Shown one piece after another: positions 1-10,608 of a stretch of DNA of 64,000 bases (positions are counted from its first letter, which is position 1; each line of letters begins with the position of its first letter). The stretch lies in NCBI RefSeq assembly GCF_009914755.1, contig NC_060934.1. One strand, 5' to 3'. The DNA comes from the human T2T-CHM13v2.0 reference genome, Homo sapiens. Made by a program: the position numbers and the translations under genes. Below the pieces are notes generated by a model that saw only the letters and a program-made list of their open reading frames with translations, searched no databases and was not told where the DNA came from.

Positions 1-779
1 CGCTGACGAGCCCCCCAGCCGTCGCGGTGGAGCAGCTGCTGGGACGATGAGGCAGCCCCTCCTCCCAGTGCCTCCGCCGCGTAATGAGACCACTTGTCAA
101 AACAGAGAGAGACACCCATTTTCAAGGCCTAAAAAATTGATTTTTATGGCTCTTCTTGTAATTCTCTTTTTGAATTAGGCACATGATATTGATGTGGGCC
201 TACGTTTTAATCATAATAGCTACTGACAAGGTAATTAATTTTAGAACAACTGTTTTTTTTTCTCCTGCTCCAAATGGCACTATATTGAAATTGAAAGTGA
301 GCTCTGGGAGGGCAGCGGGGCTGGCACTCAGGTGATTGCCTCGGCCGTGACAGCCCCTTCGTCTTGCGGCCGCCGTGCACCCTTTAGAGGCAGCTGCTGT
401 TATTAATGGGCTCAAGCTGTTCTGTCAGCAGAGCAGGGCGAGGAAGTGTGATCCAGTTTAGGGTTTCATGATGATCCTGCAGGATTCCAGACAGGACGAT
501 GACGCGGCGTCTCCAGGGCGTTGCAGGCCCACCTGGTGCGTCGCCTGGCGGCTTTCTCGGGAAGAAGGAGCAGCCAGGCCTGGGCAGGGCCTCCTGTGAG
601 GCGGCACCCCAGAGTATTGAGAGAGGAAACTCGGTCAGTGGAGTGAGGGCCAGCCGGGAGGCCGCATTTCCTCTCTCTCCGCACTGGGGAACTCATTAGA
701 GTTTGTTCCGTCAGGGTTCTGCTGTTTGTTTAGCCAACTGACGGCCGCGTCTGTTCCTGCGACACCGCACACAGATGCT

Positions 780-1019
780 TGGCCATGTGGGGATTGGCCG
801 TGTGGGGATTGGCCATGTGGGGATTGGCCGTGTGGGGATTGGCCGTGTGGGGATTGGCCATGTGGGGATTGGCCATGTGGGGATTGGCCGTGTGGGGATT
901 GGCCGTGTGGGGATTGGCCATGTGGGGATTGGCCGTGTGGGGATTGGTTTTGTGGGGATTGGCCATGTGGGGATTGGCTGTGTGGGGATTGGCCGTGTGG
1001 GGATTGGCCATGTGGGGAT
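780..1019. repeat. Minisatellite, 15-bp unit TGGCCRTGTGGGGAT x16
   Basis: Direct inspection; explains the PCGDW/HGQSP-type repeat ORFs. Confidence 0.97.
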
Positions 1020-1289
1020 GGCTTTGGTATCTTGTGGTCTCGCCTACACCTGGGCTTGGCTGGCTGCATCCTGCCCGCTGGCCGGCGGGCGTTGCCGCCC
1101 TCCCTCGGGATCCTCTGTGCCCCGGGCTGCCGCTCTCCTGGGGTCTCGGAGCACAGGGCCCTCTGTCTTCCTCCATGCACCCTCCGAGCTTTCTGTGCTC
1201 ACGGGACACAGCAAGCGCTTCCCTTTCTCCTGGGCAGAGCTTGGGGCTCGTTTAAGCAAATCACACTAGAATAGATCAAACTTGTTACA

Positions 1290-1835
1290 ACTGAGATTTA
1301 ACCTAAAGTGGAAGGAATTCCAATTAAAAAGGTAAACAAGACTTTCGTGGGCTTTGCCAAGCCAAACTATAGCAATTAACAGGCAAGAGGAGCACGAAAT
1401 AGCTGGGACCATTTTTGAAAGAACTGTCAACAAGAAGGACTTCCCTATAAAAAGTTGTACTAATTAAAAGCATGCAGGAATTGATTTTTTAAAAGATCTG
1501 CAGAAAAGAATAGATTGTCTCAAAAAAACCCGTGCCGCTGGGAATGTTGTGTTGAGATACAGACTTGGTGGGAAGATGGGACACGTTGAATAAATGGTGC
1601 CGATCAATTGACCGTCCGCTTGGGAAATCGATGAACTTAGATCCCTGCTCTACACCTTAATTCCGGATGGATTAAAGGATAACCCTTAAAACTCTACCAT
1701 AAAGATGAAGGTGGGGGCTCCATGCCCGCGTGGGGACTGGGGCAGGTGTCTCAGCCACAGGGGAAACTGATACATGTGACTATATGGAAATTAAAACTTT
1801 TGCCTGACAGAAGCCACCACAGGCAAAACGGAAAG
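1290..1835 (+). mobile_element. Ancient L1 (L1M-type) ORF2 fragment
   Basis: A-rich; aataaatggtgc...gaacttagatccctgctctacacc...gatggattaaag and aaattaaaactttt resemble L1 ORF2 consensus blocks as I recall them. Confidence 0.6.
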
Positions 1836-1840
1836 GCCAG

Positions 1841-2415
1841 CCCCAGGCCAGCAGGAGCACGTGTTCACCACAGACGGGGGTTACTCAATCTCCAGAACTC
1901 ACAAGGAGGCCCCAGGCCAGCAGGAGCACACACCATATTCACCGCAGATGGGGGTTACTCATTCTCCAGAACTCACAGGGAGGCCCCAGGACGACAGGAG
2001 CACACGCCATATTCACCGCAGATGGGGGTTACTCACTCTCCATAACTCACAGGGAGGCCCCAGGATGACAGGTGCACATGCCATATTCACCACAGACGGG
2101 GGTCACTCTCCAGAACTCACGGGGGGCCCCAGGCTAGCAGGAGCACATGCCATATTCACCACAGACAGGGGTTACTCACTCTCCAGAACTCACGGGGAGG
2201 CCCCAGGATGACAGGAGCACACGCCGTATTCACCACAGACGGGGATCACTCTCCAGAACTCACGGGGAGACCCCAGGACGACAGGAGCACACGCCATATT
2301 CACCACAGACGGGGGTCACTCTCCAGAACTCACGGGGGGCCCCAGGCCAGCAGGAGCACACGCCATATTCACCGCAGATGGGGGTTACTCTCCAGAACTC
2401 ACAGGGAGGCCCCTG
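1841..2415. repeat. Minisatellite, 69-74-bp unit x8
   Basis: ccccagg...caggagcacacgccatattcaccacagacgggggttactcactctccagaactcac starts at 1841, 1910, 1984, 2058, 2127, 2201, 2271 and 2340. Confidence 0.95.
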
Positions 2416-4138
2416 GAATCAAAGAGAAAAGGCCAGGAACCAAAGAGAACAGCAGGCTGTGAACAGGTGAAATCGGGAGAAAATGCAAATTTTGATATGT
2501 AGATTTAAAAATATTGAGGGTGTGCAAGTTAAGATGGAAATGAACTCCTACGCTCCATAGCCAAAGTGAAATACAGTGGTGATGGTTCCACCCGCACTCA
2601 GTCATGAAAGTGTGACCTGCACGGATGCTCCGTCCTCCCTCGCTCTGGTCTAAAGGCCCTGGACAGTGCAGAGCGGGTCCACAGCCATTGGTGGCCCCGG
2701 CTGGTGCCTCACGGCCACTTGGCTCTCCAACCCGAGGGTGGAGGTGTCAGCGGTGGCGGCGGGGCAACGCAGAACAAGACCACATAAGAACTGGGAAGCG
2801 GGAGACCATCTGCTCACTTGGGGATTCTTCTACTTCTCAAGCGAATGGATCAAGCTGGAAAAGGCTGAGTTAGTGATTGGTTGGGCCCCCTGCCTCCCGG
2901 CCTCATCCCACTGGGCCCTACCGTGCCCCTCATGCCCCTGTCACCAGCTCCAGGAGGGCACAGTGCTCCCAGCAGTGACCTGCCCGGGCTGGCACTCCCT
3001 GCCTGTGGACAGCTGTGCACACCTGCAGTTAACCTGATTGGAAGCTCTCACTTTTGCCTGGCTAATAACCTGAGTTTATTATCTCCAAATGCAGCGTAGT
3101 TGGATGGGCAGCGTCTGTGCTGCCTGCCCCTGCCCTGGCAGCCCCACCTGGCTCTGGGCTGTGAAATTAGGAAATTTGGCAACCAGAGTATTTCCTTTTT
3201 TTGTCTACAGATCACATGTTTCTGTTCCACTGATGGTTTTGGTGGCCAATGCCACGTTGCAAGGGTTCTCGTGTTGCTTTCACACCAGAAGGGTTGAGTG
3301 CCTTGCCCTCCTCAAAAGCAAGCAGTTCACGGCGTTACTGACTGGAGCCGCTGAGGGGAGATTTGGGGTTTGAGTGAGTTGGCGGTTTCTGAGATCTTTT
3401 TACAGGCTTATATCTGTAAGGGAAGCCGCAGTGGAAAAACCTTTAGGAAACTGATTGTGATTGATTGAAAATATGAGGAAGAATTTTTCTTGAGTACAGC
3501 TGTACCTGGCTAAAAACATACACACACGTATGCAGCCACTGTTACCCTCTCACTTTGAAACGTCCGAGTGGAGATCATATGTAAACCTTCAAAACAGGTC
3601 TGAGGGGACATCCCTGTCTGGGAGGAGAGAGCGGGGGCTCCGGTTCCTGCCGGTTCACCTGCACGCGCCTCCCCGTCCATCTCCCTCCCGCTGTCGGTCC
3701 CTCCTCCCGTCTGTCTCCCTCCCGCCTTTCCTGAGCTCTGCGGTGGATTATTTGGTTTGTGGTGGATTATTCAGGCATCCTTGTCCGGCCCTTTCCCGTT
3801 CTCGGGGCAGCCGTGGTTTTCCATGCGTGAGGCTCTCACGCTGCCCTGGCCCAGTGGGTGAGGAGGCAGCTGAGACTCTGCCTTTCCTCTTCCTCCATGT
3901 CGCTGGCAACAGATGCGTGTCCGTGTTGCCAAGGGCTGAGCACTGCTCAGTGGACCTCTATTGGGGGTGGTCTCAGAGCTGAATTTTGGGTGTGCAAAGA
4001 GGCAACCACTGAGGTTCCCCTGCAGCAGGTGACAGAACAGAGAGTGTGCGGATGGGGAGCGTGGAGGAGCACCGGGGCCGGGCATGAGGGCTGGCCGGCT
4101 TCAGCGCCCTCGGTAACAAGTCCTCTTTTTCTTTCCAG

Positions 4139-4223
4139 AATCATTGATCAGCGATTCGAGAAGGTTTCCTACTTTGTATTTGGTGATTTCAACTTCCGGC
4201 TGGATTCCAAGTCTGTCGTGGAG
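4139..4223 (+). CDS. INPP5A: INPP5A coding exon (exon 9, 85 nt): (R)IIDQRFEKVSYFVFGDFNFRLDSKSVVE
   Basis: Polypyrimidine acceptor tcctctttttctttccag|A and donor GAG|gtaggc; contains the 5-phosphatase GDxN(F/Y)R motif. Confidence 0.97.
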
Positions 4224-5070
4224 GTAGGCGCTGGCTTCCCTCCCGCCCTGGTCTCATGCCTTGCTCTGTGTTGAGGAAAACAGTGGAAGGAGCGTGGCCC
4301 CTTACTGGCACTTTCAATGCCATCCGCCTCCCGGGATGCACTTTTTAAGGCAAAACCTTTCAATGAAGAAGCATGTTTTGCTGTCGGCAGAGGGATCCGT
4401 GTTGGAATCCGGGGTGCGCGGGCCCTCAAGGTTGCCCCGGATGGCGGGTGACAGTGCTGTGGGGCTTTGCCCTGTGGCTTCCGCCGTCGGCACACAAGGA
4501 GCTGCTGGAGTGCCGTCACAGCGCCACCCCCTCGATGCCCACAGAGCTGCAGCCTCTGCAGAGTGTCAGCTCCTTCACACTGTCCAACTTGATCTCAGCG
4601 ATTTTTTGTCATAACACGTAGAAACTGTCAGAGCCCGTTTTAAACATTGTGCTTTTCTGTCTGCAAAGTCATTATTCCGTGAGTTAACGAGTCGTCACCC
4701 CCGCCTGGGAACTCAGGGGTCCCGGGTGCTCCTGGGTGTGGGAACTCAGGGGTCCAGGGTGCTCCTGGGTGTGCTTTCGGGCTGGCCGGGGACCAGCAGC
4801 TTGGGCGCCGAGGTGCCACCGACAGGAAGTGGGCCTCTAGGCTCAGTGCAAGGGCCGATGTTTCTCTGTGGTCCAGTCCACGCTGGCTGTGGGTCCTCCC
4901 TCCCAGTTTTCATGACTTGGGATTCCACTTCCCGGGCAGCTGTGAAGAGGGGGGTGTGGGAAATGGTGGAGCACCTGTTGCCCACCCGCCCTGGCCCTGC
5001 TGCCCTCACCCTCAGCCTCCCTGGTGGCCCCTCCAGGTGCTGGGCATGAGCTGACAGCCCACAGCGGGGC

Positions 5071-5213
5071 CACAGTAAGTTGGATGGGGCCACGGTGAGT
5101 CAGATGGGGACACGGTAAGTCGGATGGGGACACGGTGAGTCAGATGGGGACATGGTGAGTTGGATGGGGACACAGTGAGTTGGATGGGAACACGGTGAGT
5201 CGAACGGGGACAT
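5071..5213. repeat. Minisatellite, 20-bp unit CACGGTGAGTCGGATGGGGA x7
   Basis: Units start every 20 bp from 5071 to 5191. Confidence 0.95.
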
Positions 5214-6240
5214 GGCGGTCCCCGAGACTGTTATCTTCCCATTTTAGTCTCCAGTTCCAAACACCCACACGTATTCATCTTCCAACGGTGGCAGGACATT
5301 GTTTCTGAAAGACAGACTGAGCTGGCTTTGATCATCCTGGGTCTCTTGTGGTTGGCAGAAATGAGTGCCCCTAAAACCCTCTGTTGGGTTGAGCTGGCAG
5401 CACCTTGTCACAAGGCCCCACCGCATGCCTGTGTATCAACATTTGGCCGTGCTGGTGGCATTGCCTAAACGTTCAGTGGCTCCTGGTCGAGGCATCCCTT
5501 CATCTGGCTGTGGAGGAGGAAGGCAGGGCCTCTGCGTGTGGTGGGCTGAGGAGCACATGGAGTTTTTAAAGCACACATCCCCCAGCAGGGGCCCCGAAGT
5601 CCTTTCCATCCCGCTGCTGTGCTTCCTTTCTCCTCGTAGAGGCTGTCAAATGGATCGGTCTCTGGCCTGCCATCCCACAGGCTCGGTGAGGGCTCGAGGG
5701 CAGGGGCTGTGCCCATCCTTGCTAGAATCCATGTCCCCGCGTCCGAGGCTGTGCGGGACCCGGGAGCAAGGCCTGGGGGCCACAGAGGCGGGGCCCTGTC
5801 ATAGGCTCCTCCTCCACCCCCGCCAAGCCACAGGGGGCTGGAAGCGGCATTTCCGGCAGGTCTGGAACATCTCTGAGTGAGCTCATTTCTAACCTGTTAC
5901 TCGAGAGCCAGTGAGTCCACAGTGCACATAAGTACTTCCCGCTCTGACTGGGAGGGGCCAGGATGAAAGTCAAGAAGAACCCGCGAAAGACCAAAGCCGA
6001 TCAATCCCGGGCGCCCAGCAATTGGGGAAAGGTCAGGGAGCTTGGAAAGGGCCTTTTCCTTCTGGTAGAGCAAATGTCACAGTAAAGGGCAGCTGGTCCT
6101 GGCCGGGTCAGAGCCGTGGTGAGGCACGCACTGGAGCAGCCGCGGGAGCCTCCCTGGTGAAGGGAGCCAGCTGCTGAGCCCGGTGGCCGGGCCGTGTGAC
6201 CACAAGGCGTCGGGGGCAGTGGGAAGCCTGGGCTCCGGTG

Positions 6241-6430
6241 CCTGTGGGGCTTGTGTGGCCGCTCTGGTCTTGGCAGGCGTGGGGGTCCTGGACGCTGGGT
6301 CCCGTGGGGCTTGTGTGGCCGCTGTGGTCTCAGCAGGCGTGGGGGGCCTGGACTCCAGGGCCTGTGGGGCTTGCGTGGCCGCTGTGGTCTCAGCAGGCGT
6401 GGGGGGCCTGGACGCTGGGTCCTGTGGGGC
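6241..6430. repeat. Tandem repeat, 60-bp unit x3
   Basis: cctgtggggcttgtgtggccgctgtggtctcagcaggcgtggggggcctggac repeated at 6241, 6301 and 6361. Confidence 0.93.
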
Positions 6431-8550
6431 GTTGGGCAACTCCTATGAAGGACTGCAAGGCTTTCCTTTTTCTGCTGAGCAGAAAAGGAAGAAAGCACCT
6501 CACCGGGGTTTGCCTGTGGGTGTGGCCGTAAGAGGAGGCATGGCGGGAGAACAGTGCAGGGGCCTCGGGAGCCGGCCTGAGTCTGCCACATCTTCTCCTG
6601 CATCACCTGGCCTGCTCCCCTGGCCTCCCTAAGTGCCTTCACACACAGCCCTCAACCCTCATGGGTCACTGTCAGCAGTGTTTTTTGATCACCAAGATCA
6701 GTCCTATTTCTTAAAGAGTTCCTCTCACACAGGCAGTCGCAGCACGGCAGCTCCTGCCCAGGTCTAGATGGCCCTGGTGCCCTGGACCCCGCCAGGGAGG
6801 GTGGGTGCAGAGCAGGAACTGCCTCCCGGGCCTCAGTGGGCTCTCCGGACCTTCCAGTTTCAGGTCTGGGACCTGCCTGAGTTTTACCCAGGAAGAAGCA
6901 AGACCATGCTCGCCCCCACCTGTACCCCGTCCTCCGTGTTCGTGTTAGGCTGTCGCTAAAGGAGCCCTCGTCCCAGCCCTCTGCGCTGCTGAAGGGGTCC
7001 ACGCAGAGGGCCAGTGCTGGGGAGGGCACTGGCCTGAAGCCAGAGTTCGAAGATTCCCATCACCAATAAACCAGTGGGATCTTCCACGGCAGCCTTCATG
7101 CTTAACTTTAAACATCAAACTACAGAGGACGGGAATTCTAATGGCTGTGCTTAAGGGGCTGTTTACTTTGTGAACTGGTGATAAACAGTTCTCCAGAAAC
7201 TGCCACTTTCTCCTGAGAGTCAGTAAAGAGCTTCAGCAACCTCCAGGCAGCTGCTCGAGCGGCTGGTGGAGCACTCCAGGGCGAGTGAGCACCTGTGTCT
7301 GAGAGCCGCCCACACCACCATAAGCCTCACCAGCTCCCGTCCTTCAGGAATTGAGTCGTCACTGTTTTTTATCACTTTCCCATCCACAGTAATTGGAACA
7401 GACATGGAGTTACTTGAAATGCTGTTTTTCCTCTCAGTTCCCCCACAGTAGCTGGTTTTAAATGGAGTCCAGCAGCCTGGGTCCACCTGCCCTGTCCTCA
7501 GCCCCTGCGGGGCCCTCCCCACCACCTCCTGGTCTTCCCTCAGCCCCTCTGCCCTGGACCGGCCAGGCCCCTTTCTGGGCTCCACGGGGTGCATCATTGC
7601 CACCCATCTGCCTCCGCCCCCATCACGCTGGTGTCCTGCTTGCCGGGGCCACGTGGGCGAGTCGGGTGACAGACCCAGTGCAGCCGGGTGGGCTGGTGGA
7701 CGTGCTGGCCGGGGCTGCGTGGGCAGCGCGGGAGGGGGCGCCATCTGCTGCAGGACAGTTCACGTCTGTCCCTCACGCCCTGTCTGCAGGCTCCTCGGCC
7801 GCTCTGCAGCCCCACCCACTCAGCTCTGTGGAGAGGTGTCCTGGGTGTAGGAAGAGCAGCTCCTGCGTGCAGCTTGTTAAGACAGCGGGTGTGGGGCTTG
7901 CCTGGCCATCGAAGCGTCAGAGGTGACTATAAGTCAGGAAGGGAAAGAAAACTGCGGTCTTCCTGGAACCTCCTCTGCATGCCCCAAGTGGATTTCTCAA
8001 AGGAACAGTAAGCAGGAACGTGGCAGAGCTCCTGCGGGCCTGGCTGACCCAGGTGGCGTCCTGAAGTCCCAGCCGCGTTGGCGTGTCCTGCTGTGAGCCT
8101 GACCGCAAGCTGCCTCCCCTCTGCCCCTGCAGTGGCTGCCAGGACATGAGGCTAACAAGCACCGAGGGCAGCCCAGGAACCCGATTTTTCACTTCATTTC
8201 ATTTTAATTCAGATCTGATAATTCAGATCTGATAGAGCCGCGTGGCTATTCCATGGGACAGTACAGACCAGGTGACTTTCAACCAGTGCAGGGGCTACCA
8301 CGGGGGAGGAACATTCCCGTGGACTTGCTGTCCAGCCAGCTTGGGCTCAGCTGCTCCCCAGTGCATCCCTGTTCTCGGAACCACAGCCCTGAGGTGGGCC
8401 CTGGGTGGGGTCTCCACGCTGCCTGGCAGACGTGGCGGTCATTCACATGGGATGGCGTGGTCAGCCCTGCACAATCCCAGGGAAGAGTCAGGCCTGGGTT
8501 CCCCCCGGTGAGAGGTCAGAGAACAGAGAAGGCGGCCCTGGAGGTGACCG

Positions 8551-8862
8551 CACCCCTCCCGCATATCAGGCACCCCTCCTGCGTATCAGGTGTCCCTCCT
8601 GCGCATCAGGCGCCCCCTCCCACTTACCAGGCATCCCTGGGAGTGACTGCGTGCCTCCTGCATATCAGATGCCCCTGGGAGTCACTGCGTCCCTGCCCTG
8701 TATCAGACGCCCCTGGAAGTGACTGCATCCCTCCTGCGTATCAGACGCCCCTGGGAGTGACCGCGTCCCTGCCCCATATCAGGCGGCCCTGGGAGTGACC
8801 GCATCCCTCCTGCGTATCAGACGACCCTGGGAGTGACCGCACCCCTGCCTCGTATCAGACGC
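8551..8862. repeat. Compound minisatellite: about 20-bp subunit x4, then 38-bp unit x6
   Basis: The ccctcctgcgtatcag core is shared by both parts; the 38-mer adds ccctgggagtgaccgc. Confidence 0.9.
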
Positions 8863-9181
8863 AGGTGTTTTCAGCAGCAGGTTTTCTTCGCTGGTGCCGT
8901 TTGTTGGTGTCAGACATGAGGAGGGGACCAAGGAAGGGCACGCAGGAGGTGGTGGCTGAGCCTCCGTTGCATCTGCTGGGAGTGGGGGCTCTCCAGCCCC
9001 GCGATCAGCTTGGGAGGGAGCTGGTCTCTGGTGAGGGTTTCCTCCAGTGCGGGTTTCCTCCAGTGCAGAACTCAGTGTTCACACGAATCGGCAGAAGGAA
9101 AGCCGCATGTGCTCTGTGGTTATCACCGAGGCATGCCCAGGGCGTTCGTGGGAAATCCAGGTTCTGTCTGCAAAGGTCCCT

Positions 9182-9313
9182 TCTAAATGGCACCAGAATT
9201 GGACACCATGTCTTCAACAGACGTAGATGCCACCCAGGGGAGCCCCTGTCTAAATGGCACCAGAATTGGACACCATGTCCCCAACAGACGTAGATGCCAC
9301 CCAGGGGAGCCCC
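9182..9313. repeat. 67-bp tandem duplication
   Basis: tctaaatggcaccagaattggacaccatgtc...cacccaggggagcccc at 9182 and 9249. Confidence 0.93.
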
Positions 9314-10202
9314 CGGCACCCCAGGCAGTGGCAATGCAGATTCCTGGGAGCAGGGAGGCCTCCACCCACCACGGCTCATTCACACGCCCGGCCACCCTGG
9401 TCTCTGGGCTCTAGGATGCTGCCCGTGACAGCAGCTGCCCATGCAGTTACCAGGCCCTGGCTTATAATGCCCTCATGCTGGACAGACGTGGGTCTTACTG
9501 TTCTGCGCTGTTTGTCTGCCATTTGCAAAGGAATGGGAAGAAAAATGAATAGTTTTAAACTGGATTGTTTACTCAGCAAGTGTCTAAGATCCTTGCATTA
9601 GTGTTTGGAGGGTTTTCCTGCCCACGTGGCTCTTTAAGACTGTGGATACATAGCTGTTCATTTGACAAGTCTTTCGTTACATTTTGCACACAGTTTACTA
9701 TGTAAGTAAAGCGAGCCTAGTGGAAAATAGGGAAAATGATGTGTAGTGTAGAGTTCTTGTAGGACTGTTCAGTCAAGGGAGGGCCACACCTCTGGAATAA
9801 GGACCGCTTTTCCCTCCTGGCATCATCAACACAGTCGTCAGCTGTGTGTCAAATTCCACAGCTCACTGAAGCTAAGTGCTTGGTGCAGGGACTGGCCCGA
9901 AGCTGAGCACCTGGATCCCATGGCCGCAGGGATTTCCTGAGGGCTGGGGGCCGTGAGGAGTCACAGGACCCTGGAACCGACCACGGGGAGGACCCTGAGG
10001 CCCAGGGCAGGGGCGGTATCCCCAGGGTCACCTGCGGCCCCTCAGTGCTGCGTGGCACCTCCACGTGGCCATGTCGCTTCCTGTGGGCCGCAGACACGTG
10101 CAGGCTCTCCGGAGGGTCACGGCCTGTCTTCTGTTTGCTCATCCGTTGACGTGGAATGTGCGTGCCAGGTGGATCCCTCCCGCGCAGAGTCTCCTGTCTC
10201 CG

Positions 10203-10608
10203 TGTGGGGAGATTCCTGCGGCAGTGGCTCAGAGGACCACAGGCTGGGTGGCTTACACAGCAGAAGTTTATTCTCTCACAGTCCTGGAACCTGGACATCC
10301 AAAATCAAGGTGTCCTAGCGCCACGCTGCTCCTGGAGGCTCCAGGGGGGACCCCTCCTTGCCTCACCCAGCCACAGGTGGCCCAGATGGCCCTGGCTCAT
10401 GGCCGCATCACCTCCGTCTGCGCCTCCATCCTCATGTGGCCTTTTCTTGCAAGGACATGAGTCCATGGACTTAGGGCCCACCCCACCCAGGATGTCTCAT
10501 CCCGAGATCTTAACTAGTTACACCTGCAAGGCCCCATTTCCAAACAAGGCCCCAATTCTGAGGCTCTGGGTGAACATGAATCTGGGGGCACACCGTACAG
10601 CCCAGGAC
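10203..10608 (-). mobile_element. MLT1-family (MaLR) solo LTR
   Basis: ctgggtggcttacacagcagaagtttattctctcacagtcctgga...atccaaaatcaaggtgtc is the characteristic antisense MLT1 block; about 400 bp long. Confidence 0.8.

Noticed and set aside
635-1274. Six overlapping 158-182 aa repeat ORFs (PCGDW, HGQSP and others)
   Set aside because: Produced by a stop-free 15-bp unit; intronic, with no convincing exon structure or known domain.
4700-4772. Small two-copy duplications (also near 8205, 11215, 25546, 36805 and 53155)
   Set aside because: Ordinary slippage duplications with no visible functional signal.
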